Assembly: GCA_039930945.1 (NCBI GenBank)
Contig: JBDTSW010000001.1
Span: 1-59,287, forward strand
DNA from: a bacterium
GTDB lineage: Bacteria; Actinomycetota; Thermoleophilia; Solirubrobacterales; 70-9
Direction of reading: 5' to 3'
DNA length: 59,287 nucleotides
In this document: positions 35,564 to 43,825 of the stretch, in pieces
Position numbering within the stretch: position 1 is the first letter of the stretch
Layout of the letters: the number at the start of each line of letters is the position of its first letter
The notes under the pieces: generated by a model
Database searches by the model: none
Seen by the model: the letters and a program-made list of their open reading frames with translations, nothing else
What the model was told of the DNA's origin: nothing
Translations under genes and position numbers: made by a program

Positions 35564-37420
35564 TTACTCCTCCATCTCCAGCGGCTCGTCCGACTTGCGC
35601 CGGCGGGAGCGCCAGACGAACAGGGCGCCCCCGATCAGGACGACCGCCGCGATCCCGATCAGCACCCCGGCGGAGCCGCCGTCGTCGTCGCTGCTGCTCG
35701 AGCTGCCGCTTGCCGGCTCGATCGCCAGCAGCGGCTGATAGGAGACCTGCTCACAGATCAGATCCCCCTTGCCGGCCGGGCAGGACGGCTCGATGCCGCT
35801 GATCCGGTCGGTCCGATATGCCTGCAGGTTCGGGTCCTCGGTGAGCACCACATAGGCGACGTCGTCCTGGGTCAGCGCCACCATCTCCTTAATCAGATCC
35901 TTGCGCTCGGCGGTGTCGAAGATCCCGGCCTGCTCCGTGTAGAGGGCGTCGTACTCGGGGTTCGAGTAGAAGCCGTCCGAGAGGCTGCCGATCTCGTCCG
36001 TGGTCAGCAGGCTGAGCAGGAAGCTGGGGTCATACGGATCCCCGCCCCAGCCCCAGATGAACGTGTCGAACTCGGGCGCCGGCTTGCCGTCGACCTTGCG
36101 CACCGTCTGCTCGGTGAGCTTGTCGACGCTGACCACCTGAACGTTGAACTCGATCCCGACCTCGCCCGCCATCTCGGCGACGAGCTTCGCGGCCTGGATG
36201 TTGGTCGGGGACTCCGAGCGCACCGCCAGGTCGAAGGACAGTTCCTCGCCGTCCTTGGTCCGCGGATCCTCACCGTTGTCGACCCAGCCGGCATCGTCGA
36301 GGATCTGCTTGGCCAGCTCGGGGTCGAGCGGGTAGTTCTGCTCCGGCACCTCGTAGAAGGCCTCGTAGAACGAGGGCAGGATGCCGGACCCGGGGAACGC
36401 CGTCCCGCGGGCGCTGATCGCGTTGACACGATCGCGGTCCACCGCGTAGGCGATCGCCTGACGGACGGACACATCCTGGACCGCCGGGTTGAACTCCGCG
36501 TCCGGGCATAGTTTCTCCGGACAGAGGTTGAACGCCAGTTGCGTGTAGGAGGGCGACGGGCTGGAGAGCGCCTCGATGTTGGGATCCTCCTGGATTCGCT
36601 CGAATGTCGAGGGGTCGACCTCGACGACCATGTCCACCTCACCGAGCCGCAATGCCCGCTCGACCGCGTCCTGGTTGCCGTACTTGATGTACTGGATCTC
36701 GTCGAAGCCGGGCTCCGGCCCCTGCCACTCGGGGTTGCGCTCCATGCGGACGATCCGGCCGCGATTGAACTCGGTCACCTCGTAGGGCCCACTGCCGACC
36801 AGCGGCAGATCGGGCTGGTAGGAGCCGGTCAACTCGTCGATCGGCACCTCGCCGTAGACGTGCTCCGGGATGATGTAGATGAACAGGCCGCCGACGATCC
36901 GGGCGTCGGGCTTCTTGGTCGTGATCACGACCGTTTGATCGTCGGGCGTCTCGATCTTGGTGATGTTGCTCGTGTACCCGGAGAAGACGTCGCCCTCCCC
37001 GCCAAGCGTCTCGAGCGAGTACTTGACGTCCTTGGAGGTGATCGGCTCGCCGTCGGACCACTTGCGGTTCGGGTCGAGCTTGAAGGTGATCGTCTTGCGG
37101 TCGTCGGAGATCTCCCAGCTCTCGGCGATGCCCGGTGCCGGGGAAAGGTCCTCGGTGCTGAAGTTGACGAGCAGGTCCCAGTTCATCGACCAGACGTTGA
37201 AGTCCTCCTCATCGAGGGCGACGAACGGGTTCAACGTCTGCGGGTCCTGCGCCCAGCCGATCCGCAGCACCGACGTGTCGGTGTCACCGCCGGTCGTCGT
37301 CGCGGTGTCGGTCGACTCTGTCGAGTCCTGCGCAGCCGCCGGCAGCGCCACCAGCGCCGCGGCCAGACCGGCCAAGACGACCGCCACGATCGTTCCCACA
37401 CCCCTGAGCCTCATCCTCAT
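35564..37420 (-). CDS. family 5 peptide ABC substrate-binding protein with a C-terminal transmembrane anchor
   Basis: Signal peptide without a lipobox Cys. SBP_bac_5-like core (LRIGWAQDPQTLNPF..., KWSDGEPITSKDVKYS). C-terminus is SSSSSDDDGGSAGVLIGIAAVVLIGGALFVWRSRRRKSDE. Confidence 0.9.
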   Translation of the reverse strand: MRMRLRGVGTIVAVVLAGLAAALVALPAAAQDSTESTDTATTTGGDTDTSVLRIGWAQDPQTLNPFVALDEEDFNVWSMNWDLLVNFSTEDLSPAPGIAESWEISDDRKTITFKLDPNRKWSDGEPITSKDVKYSLETLGGEGDVFSGYTSNITKIETPDDQTVVITTKKPDARIVGGLFIYIIPEHVYGEVPIDELTGSYQPDLPLVGSGPYEVTEFNRGRIVRMERNPEWQGPEPGFDEIQYIKYGNQDAVERALRLGEVDMVVEVDPSTFERIQEDPNIEALSSPSPSYTQLAFNLCPEKLCPDAEFNPAVQDVSVRQAIAYAVDRDRVNAISARGTAFPGSGILPSFYEAFYEVPEQNYPLDPELAKQILDDAGWVDNGEDPRTKDGEELSFDLAVRSESPTNIQAAKLVAEMAGEVGIEFNVQVVSVDKLTEQTVRKVDGKPAPEFDTFIWGWGGDPYDPSFLLSLLTTDEIGSLSDGFYSNPEYDALYTEQAGIFDTAERKDLIKEMVALTQDDVAYVVLTEDPNLQAYRTDRISGIEPSCPAGKGDLICEQVSYQPLLAIEPASGSSSSSDDDGGSAGVLIGIAAVVLIGGALFVWRSRRRKSDEPLEMEE

Positions 37421-38397
37421 TCTCCTTCTGTCGTTTGATCAGACGGCCGGACGGCCGCCTCCACTACCTCGAGCCGTTTTGCGTCCGCGTCCAAGAGGAC
37501 CCGGACGCCGAGCGGCATCGTCGCCATGTGCTTGCCGTGGCCGACCGGCACGTTGGCAATCGCGGGGATCCCCAACGGAGCGATCAGCTCGTCGAGCATC
37601 TCCTCGACTGAGAGCGTCGACTCCGGCCCCTCGGGAACGGTCTGGTAGGTGAGGTTGACGTTGGTCCCAAAGACGAAGCCGGCGGCGTTGTCGAGCTTGC
37701 CGGCGCGGACCAGGTGGTTGAGCGCGGTGTCAACCAGGTAGGGCTCGGCGTTGAGATCCTCGACCATGACCACGCAGCCGTCCGTCTGCACCTCGAACGG
37801 CGTGCCGATGCTCGCACACAACAGCGTCAGGCAGCCGCCGGCCAGCGGCGCCTCGGCAACGCCGCCGCCGACGGTGAGGACGTAGGGGTCCTCGGGGTCC
37901 TCGAAGACGCGGCCCAGCGGCTCCGGCTCGAAGGCGCGGTGAAACCAGGCCTTGGTCTCCTCGGTCAGCTCCTTGCGGCGGCGGGTGAAGCGCAGGAAGT
38001 TGGGCCCGTAGAAGGTCACCCAGCCGGCGTGGGCGGCGAGCGCCAGGTGCAGCGCGGTGATGTCGCTGAAGCCGCAGACGATCCGCGGCTCACCGAGCGC
38101 GTCCCAGTCGATCAGGTCGTGCAGGCGGGCCACCCCGTAGCCGCCGCAGAGGGTGTGCACCATGTCGATCCCCGGCTCCGACAGCGCCCACTGCAGGTCG
38201 GCCGCGCGCTCGGCGTCGGTGCCCGCCAGGTAGCCGTGCACCTTGCGGTGGTTGGGCCCGAAGACCACCTCGTGGCCGCGCCCCTCGAAGTACTCAGTGG
38301 CCTGCTCGATCTCGGAGCGCGTCTGCGGCGGGCTCGCCGGGGCGACGACCGCGATCGTCGCCTTGGCCGGCAGCGCTGGGGGCTTGACTGGCGCCAT
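37417..38397 (-). CDS. ldcA: LD-carboxypeptidase (peptidase S66, LdcA/MccF family)
   Basis: IAVVAPAS, nucleophile motif CGFSDITAL, VMVEDLNAEPY and PVGHGKHMATMP (Ser-Glu-His triad context). Confidence 0.85.
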   Translation of the reverse strand: MAPVKPPALPAKATIAVVAPASPPQTRSEIEQATEYFEGRGHEVVFGPNHRKVHGYLAGTDAERAADLQWALSEPGIDMVHTLCGGYGVARLHDLIDWDALGEPRIVCGFSDITALHLALAAHAGWVTFYGPNFLRFTRRRKELTEETKAWFHRAFEPEPLGRVFEDPEDPYVLTVGGGVAEAPLAGGCLTLLCASIGTPFEVQTDGCVVMVEDLNAEPYLVDTALNHLVRAGKLDNAAGFVFGTNVNLTYQTVPEGPESTLSVEEMLDELIAPLGIPAIANVPVGHGKHMATMPLGVRVLLDADAKRLEVVEAAVRPSDQTTEGE

Positions 38398-38403
38398 CGT
38401 CGT

Positions 38404-39033
38404 CTAGCCCCGTCCCGCCAGGACCTCTGGGCGCGGGCCCTCGACGGCCTCGGCGACGAGGGCCGGCGAGGCCTGCAGCGAGCCCAGCACCAGCTCGACG
38501 TGGAGGTCGGCCACCTCTTCCAGCGCCAGCGGCCCCTTCGGGTCGAACCACAGCGCGACCCCTGTGCACTGCAACAGGATCGCGTAGGTGGCGACGCGCG
38601 AGTCGGTTACGTGCAGCGAGCCCTCGCCGACCCCCGCGTCGATCATCTGCCTGAAGACTGCCTGGTAGTCGTCGCGCTTGGCGATCAGGGCGCGCCGGGG
38701 GCCCCTGGCGAGGGCGCGGATCTCGCTGTCGGTGACGAACGCCTCGCGCCGGTGCAGGCCGTGGAAGACGACGTGCTCGCGCACCGCCGCGGCCAGCTTC
38801 AGCGCCGGGCCGGGGTGGCGGTCGATCGCCGCCAGCACCTTCTCGGTGAGCTGCTCCATGAAGTCATCCTGGAGCTGGATCAGGATCGCCTCCTTGCTCG
38901 GGTACCAGTGGTAGATCGCCGCGGGCTGGACCCGAGCGGCCGAGGCCATCGCCCGCATCGAGGTGGCGTGGTAGCCGCGCCGGGCGAACAGCTCGACCGC
39001 CGCCCGGTGGATCGCCTCGCGCGTCTCAGCCAA
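38404..39033 (-). CDS. TetR family transcriptional regulator
   Basis: N-terminal HTH AAVELFARRGYHATSMRAMASAARVQPAAIYHWYPSKEAI. The TTG start overlaps the kce end by 8 nt. Confidence 0.85.
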   Translation of the reverse strand: MAETREAIHRAAVELFARRGYHATSMRAMASAARVQPAAIYHWYPSKEAILIQLQDDFMEQLTEKVLAAIDRHPGPALKLAAAVREHVVFHGLHRREAFVTDSEIRALARGPRRALIAKRDDYQAVFRQMIDAGVGEGSLHVTDSRVATYAILLQCTGVALWFDPKGPLALEEVADLHVELVLGSLQASPALVAEAVEGPRPEVLAGRG

Positions 39034-39856
39034 CTTGCAGCAACTCCCGCGTCTGCCCTTGGGTCGCGACCTCGCGCCCGAGCGTCCCCGCGAGCCCGAC
39101 GGCCTTCTCGACCAGCGCCGCGTTCGAGGGGGCGAGCACGCCCTTGCTCAGATAGGCGACATCCTCGAGGCCCGTGCGGATCCCCGGCGCGCCGTGAAGC
39201 AGCGCCAGTCCCAGCATGCGCTGGTGGTGGCGGCCGATGCAGGTCACTGTCCAGAAGGTCCCGCTCGGCAGAGGCCGCAGCATCGCCACCAGCGCCTCGG
39301 GGGTGGCGTCGATCCCGCCGGGGACGCCGAAGACGAGGTTGACCCGCAGCGGCGGCGGCAGGATTCCCTCCTGCAGCCAGCGCACGGCGCTGACCACGTG
39401 GCCGACGTCGAACGTCTCCACCTCGAGCGCGATCCCCGCTTTGGTCGCCCGCTCGATGATGCCGCGGCCGGCCGGCGGCGGGGTGATGAAGGTCTCGTCG
39501 CCGAAGTTCATCGAGCCGGACTCGACCCCGGAGATGTCGGGCTTCGCCTCGAGGCCGGTGGTGCGCTGGGCGATCGTCATCTCGTTCGAGCCGCCGGTCG
39601 AGACCATCGTCAGCACCTCGCTTCCCGCGCGGATGCGGTCGATCGCGTCCACGAACAGCTCCGGGCGCCCGCTGGGCGTGCCGTCGTCCTCGCGCACATG
39701 CAGGTGCGCCACGGTGGCGCCCGCGGCCGCGGCCTCGATCGTCGATTCGGCGATCTCCTCCGTCGTGTACGGGACGTTGGGGTTGTTCTCCCGGAAGACG
39801 TCGGCGCCGGTGATGGCGACGGTGAGAACTACCGGGTCGGCGTTCCAGGCGCTCAT
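39026..39856 (-). CDS. kce: 3-keto-5-aminohexanoate cleavage enzyme family (BKACE/DUF849)
   Basis: VVLTVAITGA...VAHLHVRE...GSMNFG...FGVPGGI is the BKACE pattern. ATG at 39856 with a GGAGGAGG SD. The track extension to 40219 is off-frame over the thioesterase gene. Confidence 0.8.
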   Translation of the reverse strand: MSAWNADPVVLTVAITGADVFRENNPNVPYTTEEIAESTIEAAAAGATVAHLHVREDDGTPSGRPELFVDAIDRIRAGSEVLTMVSTGGSNEMTIAQRTTGLEAKPDISGVESGSMNFGDETFITPPPAGRGIIERATKAGIALEVETFDVGHVVSAVRWLQEGILPPPLRVNLVFGVPGGIDATPEALVAMLRPLPSGTFWTVTCIGRHHQRMLGLALLHGAPGIRTGLEDVAYLSKGVLAPSNAALVEKAVGLAGTLGREVATQGQTRELLQVG

Positions 39857-39858
39857 CC

Positions 39859-40254
39859 TCAAACCTCCTCCGCGCCCGTCAGCGAGGCGCGCTCGGCGTC
39901 GCTGATCGGACGCGAGGCACGGCGATCGGGATCCCACAGGACCAGGCCGAACTCCGCCTCCACCATCACCTCTCCGCCCGGGTCGACGATGCGCTCGCTG
40001 GTGGTGATGCTCGAGCGGCCCAGCTGGCGCAGCGCGCATTGCACTGTCACCACTCCGGGGCCGGGATCGATCTCGCGCCGAAAGCTCACCGTGCAGCGCC
40101 CGACCACGTACTGGTCGCGGCGAACCCCGCGTTCGGCCAGCCACGCGTCGCGGCCCTCCTCGAGGTAGGTGAGGACCACCGGGTGGTTGACGTGGCCGAG
40201 CCCGTCCAGGTCCTGCCATCGCATCTGCACCTGGTGGCCGCCATCGGCGCTCAT
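39859..40254 (-). CDS. hotdog-fold acyl-CoA thioesterase (4HBT/YbgC-like)
   Basis: 131 aa. VQMRWQDLDGLGHVNHPVVLTYLEEGR is typical of 4HBT-type thioesterases. Confidence 0.7.
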   Translation of the reverse strand: MSADGGHQVQMRWQDLDGLGHVNHPVVLTYLEEGRDAWLAERGVRRDQYVVGRCTVSFRREIDPGPGVVTVQCALRQLGRSSITTSERIVDPGGEVMVEAEFGLVLWDPDRRASRPISDAERASLTGAEEV

Positions 40255-41300
40255 GCAGCCTCCACCGCGGTCACCCCGAGCGCCTCGCGCAGCGACCGCG
40301 AGCCCCGCACCAGTTCGAGCGCATGGGCGCCGCGGTCCGGGGCGTAGCCGCTGCCGACCAGCATGCGGGCGCTGGTGCCGATGCCGTCAGCCGCCAGCGC
40401 CGCGCCCGAGAAGCTCGTCGCCATCGAGAAGAACAGCACGGTCCCCTCGTCGGCGGTGAGCAGGATCGCGGTCGCCTCGCAGCCGCTGGAGTTGACCACC
40501 ACCACCGTCAGGTCGGCCGGTGGGGCTCCGGCCGCTCGCACCGCCTCGAGCGCCGCGAGCGGGTCGCGCAGGTCGGCGGTGACGCCGACGTCGCCGAGGC
40601 CCAGCTCGCCGACGCGCTCGACCGCGGCGGCGTCGACGTCCACCGCCACCAGGGTGCCATCGGACATCGCCTCGCGGGCGGCGGCGAGCGCGAGCTTGCC
40701 GGCGTGGCCGGCTCCGAGTACGCAGACCGTGCCCTCCCGGGGTGCCAGGGCCTGGACCTGAGAGGCCGCGGCGCAGACGTCGTAGAGCTCGATCGCACTC
40801 GCCGGCGGCAGGTCGTCGGGCACGGGGGCCCAGGCCGCCCGCTCGAAGACGTAGGCGGTGCCCTCGACCTCGACCTGGGGCGAGCCGGGCTCGAGGTGGG
40901 TGACGGCCTCGAGCCGCAGCGGCGTCACCGTCAGCGAGCCCAGGGTCACGATCCGCTCTCCGAGCGCGGGCGCCGAAGCGTGGCGATCGCCCACGGCGGT
41001 GACGGTGCCACAGAGAACCCCGCCGGACTCGGTCTCGGGGTTGTGCATCTTGCCCCTCGACTCGACGATCTCGGCGATCCGCGCCGCCATCGCCTCGGGA
41101 TCCCCGCCGGCGTGCTCGCGGATGTTGCGAAACGAGGTCGAGTCGAGATAGAGCCACTCCACCGCCAGCTCGAACTCGTGCGGCCGGACAGGGCCCGACG
41201 CATCCAGGCGCTCGGCCGGCTGGGGCAGGACCCCGGACGGATCGAGCACCCTGCCCGCACCCAGTTGCTGCCCGATATCGACGGTGGATTCTGTCTTCAT
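40251..41300 (-). CDS. kdd: L-erythro-3,5-diaminohexanoate dehydrogenase-like
   Basis: GVLPQPA, LDSTSFRNI, RGKMHNPETESGGVL, LGAGHAGK and FFSMATSFSGAALAADG match my recollection of Kdd sequences along the whole length. Confidence 0.8.
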   Translation of the reverse strand: MKTESTVDIGQQLGAGRVLDPSGVLPQPAERLDASGPVRPHEFELAVEWLYLDSTSFRNIREHAGGDPEAMAARIAEIVESRGKMHNPETESGGVLCGTVTAVGDRHASAPALGERIVTLGSLTVTPLRLEAVTHLEPGSPQVEVEGTAYVFERAAWAPVPDDLPPASAIELYDVCAAASQVQALAPREGTVCVLGAGHAGKLALAAAREAMSDGTLVAVDVDAAAVERVGELGLGDVGVTADLRDPLAALEAVRAAGAPPADLTVVVVNSSGCEATAILLTADEGTVLFFSMATSFSGAALAADGIGTSARMLVGSGYAPDRGAHALELVRGSRSLREALGVTAVEAA

Positions 41301-41312
41301 GAACGGTCGTTC
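41301..41312. promoter_or_regulatory. palindrome GAACG-GT-CGTTC abutting the kdd start, in the kdd/HDAC divergent region
   Basis: 5-bp perfect arms in the 75-nt divergent intergenic region. Candidate site for the operon-encoded TetR. Confidence 0.3.
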
Positions 41313-41375
41313 GGTAACCTACAGGCGACGCTCTCCCCCTGTCAAGAGCCTCGACCCGGGAAGGCGAAGCGGAGC

Positions 41376-42452
41376 ATGGGCATCGCGATGCCAGTCGTCT
41401 GGACCGACCGCCACCGGCTGCACGAGCCGGGCGGCGAGATCTGGTTGGGCGTGCGCACCCCGGGCACCGAGCTGCCTGAGCGCGCCGAGCGCATCCGGGC
41501 GGCGCTGTCGGACGCGGGAGCCCGGATCGTCGACGCCCGGGAGCACCCCGACTCCGAGCTGCTGACGGTCCACGACGCGGCGCTCGTCGACTATCTGGCG
41601 AGCGCCCGGGCGGAGTGGGAGGCCGCGGGACTGACGAGCGACCCCGGCCAGGATCGGGTCGTCCCCTATCTTTTTCCCCACCCCGGTCTGCTCGGAGACC
41701 TCGTGCCGCCGATACCAGGGGCGGCGAGCGCCCGCGCCGGCTACTTCGCCTACGACACGATGACGCTGATCGGCCCCGGCACCTGGGAGGCTGCGCGCGC
41801 CGCCGTCGACGTCGCGCTGACCGCGGCCGACCTGGTTGCGGCCGGCGAGCCGGCGGCCTACGCCTGTTGTCGCCCTCCCGGCCACCACGCGACCCGCGGC
41901 GCCTTCGGTGGCTCCTGCTACCTGAACAACTCGGCCGCGGCCGCCGCCCGGCTTCGCGGCACCCTCGAGGCGCCGGTCGCCGTGATCGACGTCGACGCCC
42001 ACCACGCCAATGGCACCCAGGCGATCTTCTACGAGGACCCCGGCGTGCTCACCGGGTCGGTCCACGTCGACCCCGGGGCGGGCTGGTTTCCCCACTTCCT
42101 CGGCTTCGCCTCCGAGCGGGGCGCCGGCGAGGGCGACGGGGCCAACCTGAACCTGCCGCTCGCGCCCGGGTCGGGCGACGGGCCCTGGCTGGAGGCGGTT
42201 GGCTCGCTGGCGGCCTGGGCGGGTGAGCAGGGGGCCCGGGCGCTGGTGGTGGCCCTGGGAGTGGACGCCGCCGCCGGTGACCCGGAGAGCCCTCTGCAGG
42301 TCTCCGCCGACGGCTTCCGCGCCGCCGGGCGAACGCTGGGCGCCCTCGGGCTGCCGACGGTGGTCGTCCAGGAGGGCGGCTACGACCTGGAAGCGATCGG
42401 GGGGCTGGTCGCCGAGACGTTGGCCGGGATCGAAGAGGGGCTGGGGATCTGA
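41376..42452 (+). CDS. histone deacetylase family protein (acetylpolyamine/acetoin-utilisation-type amidohydrolase)
   Basis: CCRPPGHHA, DVDAHHANGTQ and EGGY motifs. ATG at 41376 (GGAG 5 nt upstream). The upstream part of track ORF 40323-42452 is antisense to kdd. Confidence 0.85.
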   Translation: MGIAMPVVWTDRHRLHEPGGEIWLGVRTPGTELPERAERIRAALSDAGARIVDAREHPDSELLTVHDAALVDYLASARAEWEAAGLTSDPGQDRVVPYLFPHPGLLGDLVPPIPGAASARAGYFAYDTMTLIGPGTWEAARAAVDVALTAADLVAAGEPAAYACCRPPGHHATRGAFGGSCYLNNSAAAAARLRGTLEAPVAVIDVDAHHANGTQAIFYEDPGVLTGSVHVDPGAGWFPHFLGFASERGAGEGDGANLNLPLAPGSGDGPWLEAVGSLAAWAGEQGARALVVALGVDAAAGDPESPLQVSADGFRAAGRTLGALGLPTVVVQEGGYDLEAIGGLVAETLAGIEEGLGI

Positions 42453-43681
42453 GCGATCGTGCCTTGGCATAGGACCTGGTAGATCGAGGTGAAGCCGACC
42501 TCGAAGCCGCTGCGGGCCGCCCGCAGGTACAGGCGCCAGACGCGGACGCGCTCCTCGCCGGCGATACGGATCGCGTCGGCGACGTTCTCGTCCAGGCGCC
42601 GCGCCCAGTGACGCAGGGTTTCGGCATAGTCGGCGCCGAACTCCTCGACATGGCGGGCGGGCAACCCGGCCCGCTCGAACGCGAGCAGGGCGCGGGAGAG
42701 GTGGATGGGATCGGCGTCGGGGAAGACGTAGCGCTCGGAGAACGGACCGGCCTTGGGGTCCGTGTGCCGTAGGCGAGTGATGCCGTGGTTCAGCAGCCTT
42801 CCGCCGGGTCGAAGCAGACCCGCGACCTGCTCGGCGTAGAGATCGATGTTCTCGGCGCCGACGTGCTCGACCATGCCGATCGAGGCAATCGCGTCGTAGC
42901 TGCCGGCGAGGTCACGGTAGTCGGCGACCTCGATCCGCACCCGATCGGCGAACCCCGCGGCAAGGACCCGCTGGCGGGCCTCCCGCGCCTGCGCCTCCGA
43001 GAGCGTCACACCCACCACCATCTCCGCTCCGCGCTCGGCAGCCGCGATCACGAAGCTCCCCCAGCCGCAGCCGATGTCCAGCACCCGGTCGCCGCGGCCG
43101 ATGCCCAGCTTGTCGGCGGTCAGCTCGAGCTTCGCCCGCTGGGCGTCCGCGAGCGAGGTGTCGTCGCGGGAGAAGAAGGCGCAGCTATAGGTCATCGACT
43201 CGTCGAGGAAGAGCGCGAAGAACTCGTTCGAGACGTCGTAGTGGTGGCGCACCGCCCGCGCGTCGCGTTCCTTGCTGTGCCGGGAACCCTTCGGGACCAG
43301 CTCCGCCCGGGGCCGCGCCGGCGGCTTGGTCAGCCCCGCCGCCCTGGCGGCGGCCGCGATCAGCCGCAGGCGGGTGGCGGCGGCGAGTGGCGGTGGCTTC
43401 CAACGCTCGAGCAGTGTGATCACCGCGTCGATGTCGTCGACGCTCAGCTCGCCGGATACGTAGGCGCGCCCGAGGCCCAGCTGGCCCGGGGCGCGCAACG
43501 CCTGCGCCACTGCCCGCGGCGAGCGAACCGCGAACGTCGGCCCGCCGGGTTCGGTCGCCGACACCTCGCCGCCGTCCCAGAAGACAATCCTGAAAGGCCG
43601 TTCCGGGAACGTCTGCTCGATCGCGTCGCGAAGCGCTCCGGGGCGGGCGAGGGCCATCGGCCCGAGCTTACTCCTGGGCAT
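42380..43681 (-). CDS. cyclopropane-fatty-acyl-phospholipid synthase family methyltransferase (second paralogue)
   Basis: HHYDVSNEFFALFLD, VLDIGCGWGS, YDAIASIGMVEHVG. The C-terminal roughly 24 codons overlap the convergent HDAC gene by 73 nt. Confidence 0.85.
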   Translation of the reverse strand: MPRSKLGPMALARPGALRDAIEQTFPERPFRIVFWDGGEVSATEPGGPTFAVRSPRAVAQALRAPGQLGLGRAYVSGELSVDDIDAVITLLERWKPPPLAAATRLRLIAAAARAAGLTKPPARPRAELVPKGSRHSKERDARAVRHHYDVSNEFFALFLDESMTYSCAFFSRDDTSLADAQRAKLELTADKLGIGRGDRVLDIGCGWGSFVIAAAERGAEMVVGVTLSEAQAREARQRVLAAGFADRVRIEVADYRDLAGSYDAIASIGMVEHVGAENIDLYAEQVAGLLRPGGRLLNHGITRLRHTDPKAGPFSERYVFPDADPIHLSRALLAFERAGLPARHVEEFGADYAETLRHWARRLDENVADAIRIAGEERVRVWRLYLRAARSGFEVGFTSIYQVLCQGTIAQIPSPSSIPANVSATSPPIASRS

Positions 43682-43825
43682 GCCGCGACCACGATCAAGC
43701 TCTTGAGCGCTGGTGCTCGAGGTGCTGATCGGCGTCGAGGGTCAGCAGCCATGAGCCGCGCCAGCGACGTCCAGACGACCCCAGCAGCGCCGGGGCGGTC
43801 GGCACGCCTCACGCTTCGGCGCGGC

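Noticed and set aside
41364-41377. 14-nt identity GCGAAGCGGAGCAT shared with the right arm of the inverted repeat (8175-8188), considered as a third repeat copy
   Set aside because: The match does not extend beyond 14 nt on either side, and here it spans the SD and start codon of the HDAC-like gene. This is probably chance in GC-rich sequence.
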